Origin: Octopus sinensis
Taxonomy: Eukaryota
Length of the DNA stretch: 64,000 bases
Assembly (NCBI RefSeq): GCF_006345805.1
Contig: NC_042998.1
Span: 11,346,001-11,410,000 of the forward strand
Direction of reading: 5' to 3'
Shown: positions 11,359-24,689 of the stretch, in pieces
Numbering within the stretch: the first letter of the stretch is position 1
Layout: each line of letters opens with the position of its first letter
Position numbers and translations under genes: made by a program
The notes under the pieces: generated by a model
The model's database searches: none
The model's input: the letters and a program-made list of their open reading frames with translations, nothing else
Told to the model about the DNA's origin: nothing

Positions 11359-12300
11359 AGAGAGAGAGACAGAGACAAACAGAAAAAAAAGGGAACTGTC
11401 TCTTGCATTTGAAATCTATAGAAATATTTTTAAAACATTTCATTAATTTTTCCACAATTTAATTGTTTTTCATGCCTTACTCTAAGTTGAAAAAGTTGCA
11501 AAGGCTGAAACCGGTACTAAAATGTTCTTCATGATAAAATCATTTTAGCATTTTCTACCTTGTCTTATTTTCCTGATATGCATACATACATATATACATA
11601 TAGGTTTTGAGAGATAATGGTGTCAATAAGAACCAAAGGTGTCAGGTAATGCTGAGTAAGTGCTATGGATAGACCATAGTTAAGCTCCAGGTTCGATGAT
11701 TATGCAAATAAGGAGTCCAACGTAGGTCATATATCAGCATGTGCTGATAAATGATCTATATCATGTAGGTCATATATATTTTTATAAAAAAGAAATTTTT
11801 TTCAGAATGAGATAAAAAAAAAACAAGGCTGTGAAAGATTTCAGAACATTCATAAATAGGTCTTACAGCTGTTTCCAAGATATTTTATATATAGAAAATG
11901 GTTAAGCAATAGTTATTCTAGATAATATATGAAATAGAAAGTGAAGTGGAGGTATGAAAATAAACGTGAGATATGCTGGGATATTGTATCTGTACCTCCA
12001 TTATTTACGCAGAAAGATATACATATAAGATTCCTGTACCTTCTGAGTAAGTTCCAATACTATTTAAAATTTATATATATATATATATATATATATAGCT
12101 TAAATTTATAGAAAAACAAAGAAGATGACGGGTGTAGGAACAACAAGCGAATATATTAGTTTGATGTTCGCGAAAAATGTAAAAGTCTTTTACATTTCCA
12201 GACCACGCTCTTTGACAGAAACGAATAAGAGGTGAGAGAATGAAAAAAAGCAAGTTGAGTTCAGTGGTACACACACCCACATATATATGCATATATGTAA

Positions 12301-12353
<53 letters not shown>

Positions 12354-12363
12354 ATATATATAG

Positions 12364-12395
<32 letters not shown>

Positions 12396-12473
12396 AATAC
12401 ATACATATATATATATATATATATGTATAAATATACATACATACATATATATAAATATACATATATATATATT

Positions 12474-12520
<47 letters not shown>

Positions 12521-12535
12521 TATATAATATATATA

Positions 12536-12573
<38 letters not shown>

Positions 12574-12577
<4 letters not shown>

Positions 12578-12937
12578 CAATGTACATTTAAACACATAAG
12601 AGGCATCCATCATAGTACTCGTTGCACGCTAGAGAGGACAGTTAAATTCCAAACCACTATCAGGAATAAAATTTCGAAGGGAATGAAAAATAAAAACTTA
12701 CCACCTAACTCCTGGACCAATGGATTCAGACTTTTTTTTAGCTAATAAAATAATTTGCTAGGCGAAGTCTTCTTCAAGTTTGAAACTATTGGTCCAGGAG
12801 TTAGATGGCAGATGTTTTTAGTTTTCATTCTCTTCGAAATTTTATCCCTAATAGTGGTTTGGAATTTAACTGTTCTCTCTAGCGTGCAAGGAGTCCTATG
12901 ATGGATGCCTCTTATGTATTTGAATATACACTGTATT
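12574..12937. mobile_element. Foldback/MITE-like palindrome with ~148-bp arms
   Basis: 12574-12721 is the imperfect reverse complement of 12788-12937 (e.g. CATAAGAGGCATCCATCATAG / CTATGATGGATGCCTCTTATG). The spacer is ~66 bp and the element is embedded in TA-rich sequence. Confidence 0.85.
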
Positions 12938-13010
12938 TATATGAATAATATATAGTCTATTGACTAAATTTTTACACGCTAGGCCACTGATTACCCTCTG
13001 ATATTATCAG

Positions 13011-13044
<34 letters not shown>

Positions 13045-13536
13045 TATATATGTAAAAAAATTAAGGAGAGAAAACAAATCCAAAGGTCGATGTGTATATT
13101 TATTCAATCCATATTAACGAAATACTCCGTCGTATACAAAAATACACATAGATGCACTCATCTATATGAAGAAATTTATAAGAATTTATAAATACATACA
13201 TATACATAACAATTTATAAATATATACAAATTCAAAAACATATAAAAATTTACTAACACAAAGATTCACAAATATAAATATATGCCGGGGGTTGCGTATT
13301 TTCGTGGGTTATTTCTAGTATCTTCAGTAGAACGATTTGCGAAGACAATATTATTATCCCGTTACATCGTACGTCGAACGTGCGTTACAACACATACATA
13401 CATATATAAATGTAGATACACACACACATATATACGTATATATATATATACATGTATAAAATTAGTGTACATTTATACACAAAAAGAGTGCCCCCCCCCC
13501 AACAGGACACTTGCATACATGTATATAATTATATAT

Positions 13537-13605
<69 letters not shown>

Positions 13606-13637
13606 TAAAAGAGAGAGAGAGCGGTATATAACACATG

Positions 13638-14021
13638 TATTCTTTTAGTTGACTGTAGCCATGTTGGAGCACCGTCTTTAGTCGAACAAATCAACCCCAT
13701 GACTTATTCTTTGTTAGCCTAGTACTTATTCTATCGAGTTCTTTTCCCCAGCCTTTAAGTTACGAGGAAGTAAACACAACAGCATCGGTTGTCTAGCGAT
13801 GATAGGGGCACAAACAGAGATACACAAACACACACACACACATATATATGTATATATATACGACGGGCTTCTTTCAGTTTCCGTCTACCAAATCCACTCA
13901 CAAGGCTTTGGTCGGCCCAAGGCTATAGTTAAAGACACTTGCCCAAGTTGCCACACAGTGGGACTGAACCCGAAACCATGTGGTTGGTAAACAAGCTATT
14001 TGCTACATAGCCAGTCCTGCG

Positions 14022-14024
<3 letters not shown>
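13638..14024 (-). mobile_element. SINE family A, full copy
   Basis: Reverse complement of head, CORE-like segment, internal (CA/TA)n and 3' body. Confidence 0.88.
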
Positions 14025-14080
<56 letters not shown>

Positions 14081-14149
14081 CTATGTATATATATATATAT
14101 ACATATATATATACACACACACACATATATATATACATATATATATATA

Positions 14150-14313
14150 CGACGGCATTCAGTTTACCAAAGGCACTCACAAATCTACTTAAAAGGCTTC
14201 GGTCGGCCCGAGGTTATAGTATAAGACACTTGCCCAAAGGTACTACACAGTGGGACTGAACCCGGAGCCATGTGGTCAGTAAGCAAGCTACTTACCACAC
14301 AGCCAGTCCTGCG
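14150..14313 (-). mobile_element. SINE family A, 5' half
   Basis: Reverse complement of the head up to GAAACTGAA..CCGTCG, ending in the microsatellite. Confidence 0.85.
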
Positions 14314-14355
14314 GGTATATATATATATATATATATTATATATTATATATGTGTG

Positions 14356-14386
<31 letters not shown>

Positions 14387-14478
14387 CTATATATTTCTTT
14401 TATATATATGTATATATAAATAATATATATATACATATATAATATATTTATATATATATATATATTATATATATATAT

Positions 14479-14526
<48 letters not shown>

Positions 14527-14576
14527 CATATATTTCTTTTATATATATGTATATATAAATAATATATATATACAGA

Positions 14577-14660
<84 letters not shown>

Positions 14661-14707
14661 TTCTTTTATTTATTGTATATATAAATAATATATATATACA
14701 TATAATA

Positions 14708-14749
<42 letters not shown>

Positions 14750-14751
14750 CA

Positions 14752-14790
<39 letters not shown>

Positions 14791-15619
14791 ATATAATATA
14801 TATGTATATATATATATATATATACCATATATATATAAAAGAAATAATGCAACACACAACACACACACACACACAAACATAATATATATATATATATACA
14901 TACATATTTATATATATATATATATATGTACTTCATACAACAAACTTTACGTAATGTTTTCCAAAAAATTAATGACTCGAGAGCAGGGGGTATAATTGTA
15001 TAAGGGTGTAGATTGTAGGTCATTGGACAGAAGTGTGGAAGAAAGTGATGAGTTAAACAGTGACTGGTATAGTAAATTCAAAGGGGAGTTTGTTGAGTGT
15101 CAAAAAGATCGGCTGTCATGAGGAGTGGAACTGATCTAGGAGTGTTTTTAGGAATACACGTATTAAAATGGGGAAGAGCAGGAGGCAAGGGTTGAAGCAT
15201 TAATAGTGGATCACTGTCCAGAGTGACAGATTTGAAGTTTGGTAGGGAGGAATATGATGAGCTGAACAGACACACATAGGAGTGTTTATGTGCCTATCAA
15301 CATATGCAACCTCATTAACACATCAATGAGTGAAAAATAAATATTTTTGCATATATGTATTGTTTTAGTAGGGAAGAAAGTGCAAGGCGTGAGGAGAGCA
15401 GTGGGGGTGAAGATGGTATTTGTTAATATTTTGTGGACGGAAAAAAAAGAATTCTTGGGAAAATAATCGCGAAAACAATTAATTGTATAGGCACGTGGAA
15501 GAGACATTGCCAAGCGTGATTATAAATCGCTTCTTGCGTTTGCAGGAATGTAGGGTATAGAGAAGCCAAGTAAATTGAAATATTGAACTCTCGTACCACC
15601 GAATTCTGTGTCAGTCACA

Positions 15620-16030
15620 CCAGTACAGTCCTAGTTTTAGACACACAAGAATTCATCTCTTTTACTTATCATATTGCCATTCACCCCACTGTTAAAGTGC
15701 ACGTTTTCGTAAATTCCGTTTAGTACTCGATTCTATAACCATTCGATCTTTCTCGTATCACCCGTGGAATCTTTATGGCCTTCCACTTAAAATATTTCTA
15801 GGTGCCCACAGCCATACATAACCAAATAACTTATGCTTTCGTCACAAATTCCATATCTACCTTGTCATCCAAATGCCATGTATTAGTCGACCTGCAACCT
15901 ATGTACCAATTTCCTTACAAACTACTTCACTTCTGCCACACTCATCAACTTTTTTACGTACAAACTTCGCGACACATTACAAATACGTTTGAGAGACCGA
16001 TTTTTCGAATATGTTCACAATATTTGCCAT
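15620..16030 (+). mobile_element. Highly decayed Penelope-like GIY-YIG/linker remnant
   Basis: Frameshifted fragments LFYVQTSRH and RLRDRFFEYV resemble the YIGET.R.L.DRF.EH motif. Confidence 0.4.
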
Positions 16031-16579
16031 AACACTCTGCAGTAGATGAAACAGGCAGAAGAGAAGTTAAAGTTTTCAATAACTTGGAAAGCAGATTAAG
16101 GCCCAAACAATAAATGTTATTCGAGACGAAGGGACAGGTGTATGGCAGCAGAAAATTTTAACAGAGAGGTCGATAAGATTCCAGTCACATTTGGTAAAGA
16201 GAAGAGGCGATGCATAAAAGATCAAACAGTTACAGAATTAGAATACAAAGCACAATTTACGGGAAAATGTGCATTTTAATTAAGGTTTGTGTCTAGCTGA
16301 ACCTACCACTAGAAGTGCGCTGGTATGGTTGATAGCTCGGATGCAGTGAAGTGTAACATCCACAACCAACTGAGTTTATTTGTGATCGAAGAAAAGGTAG
16401 TGCCGGCATCAAAACCACTGCTGCATTGGGGCCAGTATCGCAGAAATTGAGAGAAAGTTAAAGTCGACATAGCGTGTGAGGATAAAATAAAAAAGAACCG
16501 ATGTAATGGGGATTAAATGACTTATAGTGTAGAGGAAGGTCAGTTCTCCATTGTCGATAACCTTAGAGATGTCTGGACA

Positions 16580-16615
16580 TCATATGGAAACCCGTCGTAT
16601 ATGTGTGTGTGTGCG

Positions 16616-16669
<54 letters not shown>

Positions 16670-16880
16670 ATGTGTGTGTGTGTCCACCATCGCTTAACAA
16701 CCGATGTCGGTGTGTTTACGTCCCTGTAACTTAGCGATTCGGCAAAAGAAACCGATAGAACAAGTACTAGACTTACAAAGATTTGTTCGATTAAATGGGG
16801 TCGATCTGTTCGATCAAATGCGTTGCTTCGGCATAGCCCCAGTCAAATGACTGAAACAAGAAAAGAATAAAAGAATAGCA
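16580..16880 (+). mobile_element. SINE family A, microsatellite plus 3' half
   Basis: GAAACCCGTCGTATATGTG(TG)n...GGTGTGTTTACGTCCC...CAGTCAAATGACTGAAACAAG, followed by the tail. Confidence 0.85.
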
Positions 16881-17378
16881 GAAATAAAACAGGATTTTAA
16901 TGAATGCAGCACATTGAAATATTTGTTTCTCAACGACTTACAGATTTTCTTCACACCATCATAAATGCAGTGACTCAATAATTGGGCCGTTTGAAATCTG
17001 TAGCCAAAGATGGCATCCATCAACTGCAATATTAAAGTGGCTGAATATTCCACGGACACAGGTTCCCTTAACGTAATTCACAGTGAGAATCATCGAGGGA
17101 ATATGTATGAGAACGTGCAGTCCATCCGTATTGCTCGCACATTTCTCTCTATCTTCCGAGGGTGGCTTCTACATTTACTCATTATTTACCCATTTTCAAC
17201 AATCCTTTGTATTATAGTGTACCCTCAATTAAATATGGCAATTCAAACAAAATGTGAACAAATTGGAGCATTGAAATTGACTGGTATAAAGAATTGTGAG
17301 ATGACAATGACTGGGCTAAAGAACTAAGAGTTGGGGTGAAGGCAAATGGTGGACATTTTGAATTGTAAATATATTTAT

Positions 17379-17776
17379 AGGCGCAGGAGTGGCTTGCTTA
17401 CCAACCACATGGTTCCGGGTTCAGTCCCACTGCGTGGCATCTTTGGCAAGTATCTTCTGCTATAGCCTCGGGCCGACCAATGCCTTGTGAGTGGATTTGG
17501 TAGACGGAAACTGAAAGAAGCCTGTCGTATATATGTATATATATATGTATGTGTGTGTATATGTTTGTGTGTCTGTGTTTATCCCCCTAGCACTGCTTGA
17601 CAACCGATGCTGGTGTGTTTACGTCCCCGTCACATAGCGGTTCGACAAAAAAGACCCCGATAGAATAAGTACTGGGCTTACAAAGAATAAGTCCCGGGTC
17701 GATTTGCTCGACTAAAGGCGGTGCTCCAGCATGGCCATAGTCAAATGACTGAAACAAGTAAAAGAGTAAAAGAGTA
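17379..17776 (+). mobile_element. SINE family A, full copy
   Basis: AGGCGCAGGAGTGGC head through the GTAAAAGAGTAAAAGAGTA tail; close to 4815-5224. Confidence 0.92.
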
Positions 17777-19407
17777 TATATATAATATTGTCAATAAATG
17801 TAACAAACAACTTATAGATTTTCATTTACTAAAACCTAAAACATTTTATTTTATGATAAAATGAACAATGGGCAAATACATATGCAGCACTCAGTATTTT
17901 CACTCACAATCGTTGAATGAATATAAGCCTACACTGGGAGGCGACCAAGACATTGAGGACTGAAAATGAAGCAAGAAGCCTATGATAACTAATCGAACTT
18001 CCTAACCGTTTGTCCATGCTTGCACCTATCAAATAAAATGCGAAATGAAAAAAGAAAGAAAACGAAGTGCCAGCAAGGGAACTGAACTTATGACCGGACA
18101 TTGCTTCTCTACTGTCCGGAAGTATCTGAACAAAAGACAAGGAAATACTCATCTAAATTCTATAAACAAATTAACCAGTCTAGCTTCCTGTCGCCTGAAG
18201 CAATTACTTCCTTTCTCAGTAATATCTTAGCAATTTTTTGTATAGATAATGACCTCAAAGCATAAGAATATTAGGTAACTTTGATATGTTTTGGGTGGCA
18301 AGACGAACACCCGTAGTGTCATTTGCTGAATAACGAGCAGATTACTTCTTGCTCCAGAGTATAGCAGGTTGGAAACGGCATTATTCAGTGGTTTAGAAGT
18401 TCGCTTCGCCATTTTGTGCTTCTGTATTCGGTCCCACTTCACAGCATCTTGCAAAAGTGTTTTCTATCATAGCACCAGATTGACCTATGTCTTGCGAGTG
18501 GAATTTGATGGAGGAAAGTGTACGGAAACATGTATATCTTGACGTATACGTATATGCAATTACATACATACATACGTACATACTTACATAGGCTAAAATG
18601 AAACTATACAGTACACTCTTAATCATCTACACGAAATCCTCAGAGTACAGGCAATTGGTACTATGACTATATCACAATGTGGATTGAATAAACAGAAAGA
18701 ATTGTTCTCAAAGACACTACATACATACACGCATACACAGCTATATATACATTTACATGTATATATATATATGTGTGTGTGTGTGTATACATATATGTAT
18801 ATGAGGGGGTATATGTGTGCATATATGTATTATATACACATATATACGCACACACGTATATATGTATGTATATGTATATATCCTTGGATTAAGCAAAAAA
18901 TATGTGTTTTCCTATAGTCTATTGTCCAAGTGCTCCACATAACAGTCCACCCTTCCTCTCCTCGATTTGATTATTTTCCTTTCTGCTCACAGAAAACGGT
19001 ACACCTCCAAGATAGGCTTGTAGTCTTCGAGGTTCACAAGGAACAGTAAGTAAATGTAGATCCTATCTGATTTCCACTGCAAAAGTGATGATGAACCAGT
19101 GCTTAACGTCGATCTCAACGTAATCTATTCGTGACGTTTTGTATTTCGCTTCCCCTTATTAAGCAATACCACTTTGTGTGTTGGTGGGTGGAATACCAGC
19201 TTCACTTATCACCTTAACTCATTCTCGTTCATCGCATTATACAAGACACACGGACTTCTTCCAAATTCTTTTTTAACTGTCATATGTTTTTAATGGTTTT
19301 TTTTTATCTTAAAATGAAACGGGGTGAAATTCAAATCTTCCTTGAAATGTATTACAGGTGTCTCTTCATAGTAGACAACAGCAACAAGAGTAATAGTTTT
19401 AGCATTA

Positions 19408-19772
19408 ACTAGCAGTATCGCCCGGCGTTGCTCGGGTTTGTAAGGGAAATAACTATAAAGTATTTTTAGAGATGTAAAGTATAATAGCCATCTCAATATG
19501 GCTAACCACAAAGGGAGGGGTGTTACTGTAGCTTTTTACGTTCTGAGATTTAATAATACATTTTATATAATAGCAAAAAAATGCATTAAAAATGGGAAAA
19601 AATGATGGTAATTTTTTTTTTTATCGTAGACTCATCGTAGACGTGCGCTAATACCCAGAAGGTCTCGATATGAATCACGCTTTCGGTTACACTGCACCGC
19701 AAAATGTGGGAGTAGTTAGGAATCTAAATTGTAGGAGACAGACACACAACTTCACTTTTATATATAAAGATT
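19408..19772 (+). mobile_element. Short Helentron/DINE-like element
   Basis: ACTAGCAGTATCGCCCGGCGTTGCTCGGGTTTGTA ... GACACACAACTTCACTTTTATATATAAAGATT; same termini as 6100-7358. Confidence 0.7.
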
Positions 19773-19775
19773 AGT

Positions 19776-20055
19776 ACTCCGTAGGTTATCACGAAAAAGT
19801 TGCCAGTTGATCCGATCGATAAAACAGCCTGCTCGTGAAATTAACGTGCACGCATACTATTAACGACGCTTTCGGGGTGATTCAGCATGACAAGGCTGGC
19901 CCATTTTATTACAGGTACAATTCATTGTACCTGCGTGGACTGGAGCAAAATGAAATAAAGTGTGTTGTTCAAGGATACAACGTGCCGACGGGAATCGAAC
20001 TCATGACGGTTGTATTGTGAGCCGAATACCCCTAATCACTGAGCCACACACTTTC
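19776..20055 (-). mobile_element. tRNA/CORE-like SINE (family C, tail type 1)
   Basis: Minus strand: TGGCTCAGTGATTAG ... GAGTTCGATTCC, CORE-like TTGTATCCTTGAACAACACACTTTATTTCA, and a tail shared with 3295-3678. Confidence 0.8.
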
Positions 20056-20099
20056 ATTGTAACATGAACAACAGCAACATCAAAAATGATGATTGTTTC

Positions 20100-20310
20100 A
20101 AAACTTTTGGCATAGAACTAGCAAGTTTCAGGGAGCGTGTTAAGTCAATAACACCCTGTATTTAACTGGAATCTGTTTTATCGACTACAAAAGGATTAAA
20201 TGCAAAGTCGATTTCGGCGGAATCTGAACTCAAAACTTAAAGAAACGGAAGAAATTCCACAAAGAATTTTATTCGCCACGCTTATGATTCTGTCAACTTA
20301 CCGCCTTATA
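20100..20310 (-). mobile_element. SINE family B, diverged
   Basis: Reverse complement of TGAGTTCA.ATTCCGCCGA..TCGACTTTGC.TTT.ATCCTTT. Confidence 0.7.
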
Positions 20311-21589
20311 AATGTCATAAATATTCTTTCATAAGCAGATATCAATTTTTTCAGCTGCATGGTACCTCACTTAGCATTTTTCGATGCAAAATCTTGTAGT
20401 TCCATGACGCTTTTAGTTGAGACTTAGCTACAGCTTGTACAAATATTTTAAATAATGCAAAACATATTCTTTTCTACTTTAGACACGAAGCCTGAAACTT
20501 GTAGGGAGGAGGCCAACAGATTACATCGAAACTCGTGTTCAGCTGGTACTTTATACATCATAGAAAATGAAAACAAAAAAAAACTAAAAACAACTGCATA
20601 ATGAATAATAAGTTATAAGTTTATTGGAACAAGTGTTTCAATATTTTCATTACTTAATAAAGAGGATTTGAACTTAGGTTTCGTTGGAGATGGGATACCG
20701 CTAAATTTTTTCCTTTTTTTTTGAGGTGGAGGGTATTCAACATTTTGCAGTCGACAACAATACCATTAACCACAAGTCGAAACTTAGCTTCGATTCGATC
20801 TCTCTCTCCTCAAGTCTGTGGCGTAGTGTCAAATTTACAAATAATTTTTATTGTTGTTTCCTCCGTTTCAGAGATCTACGCGTACATTTCTTCCTGGTAT
20901 GAAAAAGAAGTTTTAGGTGTGTATGTTCCTTTATTTATTTATTTATTTATTTTAGCATAATGGACTTCCATACACTTGAACACCTACCCCAATATACTAA
21001 GTAGAGGAAAAGCCTGGTTTTAGACATTTATAAGCAATGCAGAAATTTTGACAAATTGTCACTCTCAATATTTATGCGCGTTGTAAAATGACCACTTCAG
21101 AAGTGCCAGAAAGAGGTACTTACAGCAGTGTTTGCAGTAATCTAAACAAATGTGCTGGTGAATAATTAATCAAGCATAAAGAGAGAAGTTCGAATTCAGA
21201 CACATAGAGATGTGAAGTAAGAAAATACAAAACGTACAAGAAGGGGAGAGAGACAGAGGCTGGTGTGCCATATATTTATGCGCATATAATGTTTTTATAG
21301 TACGCAGAAACGAGTGGGACAGTTGACATTAGCAAAACCACTGCACCCCTGTTCGCAGGTCCGGTATTATCTGGGATGGAAACAAGCTAAATCGGCTCAT
21401 TCTAAGCGCTTCCAGCTCTAGAGAGCTCTAGAGGTTACAAAGTTGGCCAGAGGTTATAGTGACAACACAACTTCTTTGTTTGTTTTGCAGTGGGTAGAGA
21501 AAAGAAGTAAACTGGGGAAATAGGAAACAGCTACCTAAGGACTAATTAAACCCAGAACGAAAACAGATCCTCTTGAGGCGGCTCAAGCC

Positions 21590-21800
21590 TCACAGGATAC
21601 CTGATATATAAACGGAATACAGAACAATAGCCTGCTTGATTTAATGATAACTTTAGTAGAAGGCGTATTAAATATTGTACTGCTTCGATCGGAGATTGGT
21701 ATACAACTAGCAGAAGCCTCTAGACGCTTAGGGGATGATTGATGCATGAGTAAGCGTTTTATCGAAAGCTGTGGGATTACGCCTATGACCAAAATTGCAC
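21590..21800 (+). pseudogene. Possible decayed LINE apurinic-endonuclease N-terminus
   Basis: DT*YINGIQ...QLAEASRRLGDD loosely resembles the GTWN...L.E.RW.G start of RTE-type endonucleases. Weak. Confidence 0.25.
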
Positions 21801-22031
21801 AAGGGAAATTTCCGAAAAACTACTTGCGGAAGTTGGTTGTAGAGGAAGACGATCAGTGTCAAAGAATGTCCTTAACTCACTTAGCTGGCTGCTGCCCACT
21901 CCTATGTGTGGGTGTTTCACTTGTATGCTTGTATTTACAGTTACGTGCGTGAACTTTTTTTAACCGGCCTTAATATATTCTGTGCTTTATGCCTAAATAT
22001 GTAGCTCATACACACAAATAATATATATATA

Positions 22032-22097
<66 letters not shown>

Positions 22098-22274
22098 ATA
22101 TCAAAAGTGTTAGCATATTAAAATACATTTAAAGGTTAAAATTATAAACAACTTATAAACAAAGGCAAAAGAAAAATTATTTCTATGCCAATATGCTGAG
22201 AACAGACTTAAAATTCACGATTTAAGGTCTAATAGAATAATTTTTCTTTTGCCTTGTTTATAAGTTATATATAT

Positions 22275-22341
<67 letters not shown>

Positions 22342-22550
22342 TGTATGTATATACACACATGAAAATATTTTGACAAATTAAATTTAAGTGAAGTGAAACT
22401 GACGGTTTTTGTGTCTTTCTTAAATAGCTTATAAACACATTCCACGCTGCAATTGTTTTTGTTCCAGCACACGATCTCAGATCACGTCACATGCTATGCA
22501 TGTACATCTCCGCAATATATATATGTATATATATATATATATATATATGT

Positions 22551-22589
<39 letters not shown>

Positions 22590-22734
22590 ATGTGTGTGTG
22601 TGTATATATGTGTATGTGTGAGAGATAGAGAGAAATAATTGAGATTCAGTTGAATTAGGTACTTAATTTGAAGCACCAACTCAGTCCGGTATTGTCCGCA
22701 CAGCTCGAAGTATTTACCTATATATATATATATC

Positions 22735-22772
<38 letters not shown>

Positions 22773-22799
22773 ATATATACAATATGTATTTATATATTT

Positions 22800-23030
22800 T
22801 TTATTCTTTTATTTGTTTGTCATTTGACTGCGGCCATGCTGGAGCACCGCCTTTAGTCGAGCAAATCGACCCCAGGACTTATTCTTTGTAAGCCTAGTAA
22901 TTATTCTATCGGGGTCTTTTGTCGAACCGCTAAGTTACGGGGACATAAACACACCAGCATCGGTTGTCAAGTGATATTGAGGGGGGGGGGCAATCATAGA
23001 CACACACACACACACACATATATATATGTA
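22800..23030 (-). mobile_element. SINE family A, 3' half
   Basis: Reverse complement of the family A 3' body. Confidence 0.88.
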
Positions 23031-23061
23031 TGTGTGTGTGTGTTTGTGTGTTTGCGCCGGA

Positions 23062-23235
23062 CGAAATGCTTAGCTGTATTTCGTCTGTCGTTACGTTCTG
23101 AGTTCAAATTCCGCCGGGGTCGACTTTGCCTTTCATCCTCTCGGGGTCGATAAATAAAGTACCAGTTTCGCACTGGGTCGATTTAATCGACTTACTCAGT
23201 TTGTCTTTCATTGTTTCTCCTCTCTATGTTTAGCC
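23062..23235 (+). mobile_element. SINE family B, single unit
   Basis: GTATTTCGTCTGTCGTTACGTTCTGAGTTCAAATTCCGCCG.GGTCGACTTTGCC ... GCCCCTTGCGGGCAATAAAGAAATA, the same unit as the tandem array at 57029. Confidence 0.85.
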
Positions 23236-23311
23236 CCTTGCGGGCAATAAAGAAATATATATATATAATATATATATATATATTATATATATATATAAAC
23301 CATGTGCTTCT

Positions 23312-23440
23312 TCCAGTTTCCGTCTATCAAATCTACTCACAAGGCTTTGGTCGGCCCGAGGCTATAATAGAAGATACTCACCTAATGTGCCATGCAGTGA
23401 GAGTGAACCCAGGACCATGTGGTTGGTACGCAAGCTACTT
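23312..23440 (-). mobile_element. SINE family A, 5' half
   Basis: Reverse complement of the head and CORE-like segment. Confidence 0.8.
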
Positions 23441-23800
23441 TATTTCATTTAATTGGCTATAAACGCCGTACACGGAGGTAGTAGCTGCGGGCTGGACAAA
23501 TCACAAGATGAATGACTGATGAAGCAAATAATGAAATTGTTGAGGGAATGCAAGCGACACCCGGCGATCGCTGCTTCTCGAAAACATTGTTCTTCGTTTC
23601 TTTTTTTAACAAATTGAGGTTATAAACTTCTTACGTTAATTCGATTGGACCCAAGGTCCTTACAAATGAGGCACTAAGCCTCTTACATTTTTGATAATAA
23701 CAGATTACTTTAAATCAAGTTGATTTAAATTGAGATGTGGACCCAAGTTGATTTAAAATGTGGTGTTTTGTTTTGTTGTCCTTAGTGTGTTTGTGTTGTG

Positions 23801-24127
23801 TGAAGGCGCATGGGTCAGTGGTTAGAGCGTCGAGCTTACGATCGTGAGGTTGTGAGTTCGAATCCGTGATCGGGCTGCGTGTTGTGTTCTTGAGCAAGAC
23901 ACTTTATTTCACGTTGCTTCAGTTCATTCAGCTGTAGAAATGAGTTGCGACATCATATGTGCCAAGCTGTATCGGCCCCTTTGGATAACATCGGTGGCGT
24001 AGAGAGGGGAGGCCGGTATGCATGGGCGACTGCTGGCCTTCCATAAACATCATTGTTCGGACTTGTGCCTTGGACGGTAACTTTCTAGGTGCAATCACAT
24101 GGTCAGTCATGACCGAAGGGGGTCTCA
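23801..24127 (+). mobile_element. tRNA/CORE-like SINE (family C, tail type 2)
   Basis: A box GGGTCAGTGG, B box GAGTTCGAATCC, CORE-like TTGTGTTCTTGAGCAAGACACTTTATTTCACGTTGC...CAGCTGTAGAAATGAG. The 3' tail differs from the other C copies. Confidence 0.85.
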
Positions 24128-24296
24128 CTGTGTTTGTGTCTAATTTCTTGGCACGTTTAATTCCATGGTCTACCTTCAATGAGAATTATTTTGAGGTCTT
24201 GTAGGCGAAGTTCTTGAGTGGTTGTGTCAGATACAATTGTACTGATCCTTTTTGCTAGATTTAATGGGATATTTATTTTGGTGTTTTAGGATGGCA

Positions 24297-24349
<53 letters not shown>

Positions 24350-24689
24350 ATATAATATATATCTAAGTTCAGTAAAAATGTAGATTCGGTTGAAGTTGGA
24401 CTTAAGTCAAAGGCATCAGAATTTAGTATGGTATTATCCATATAATTCAAAATGGGGTGATTATTCTCAAAATAAGCAACAAGGAATCCAGAGGTATGCA
24501 GTACGATCGTTTCATGCGACTCCATTTAATTAAACAATGCAAGTATTGCTCTACATTTTAAAACTGATGTAATAGTTTAATTAAATTTAATTTAATTAAT
24601 TGTTTAATTAAATGGAGTCGCATGAAACGATCGTACTGCATTACTTCTGGATACCCTTGTTGCTTATTTTGATTATATATAGAGAGAGA

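Noticed and set aside
14960-15300. MTYNLHPYTIIP on the minus strand, resembling a Penelope RT motif (DV.SLYT.IP)
   Set aside because: A single weak motif, with surrounding frames unsupportive.
17270-17370. VKANGGHFE, resembling a Tc1/mariner C-terminus
   Set aside because: The match is too short, with no supporting motifs or TIRs.
21300-21420. Possible HDV-like ribozyme upstream of the putative LINE endonuclease remnant
   Set aside because: I could not build the nested double pseudoknot by eye; only a simple CCTG-ttcg-CAGG hairpin is present.
23801-23875. tRNA-like sequences with A and B boxes (also 3600-3678, 4815-4880 and others)
   Set aside because: They are SINE heads followed by SINE bodies and lack a complete cloverleaf.
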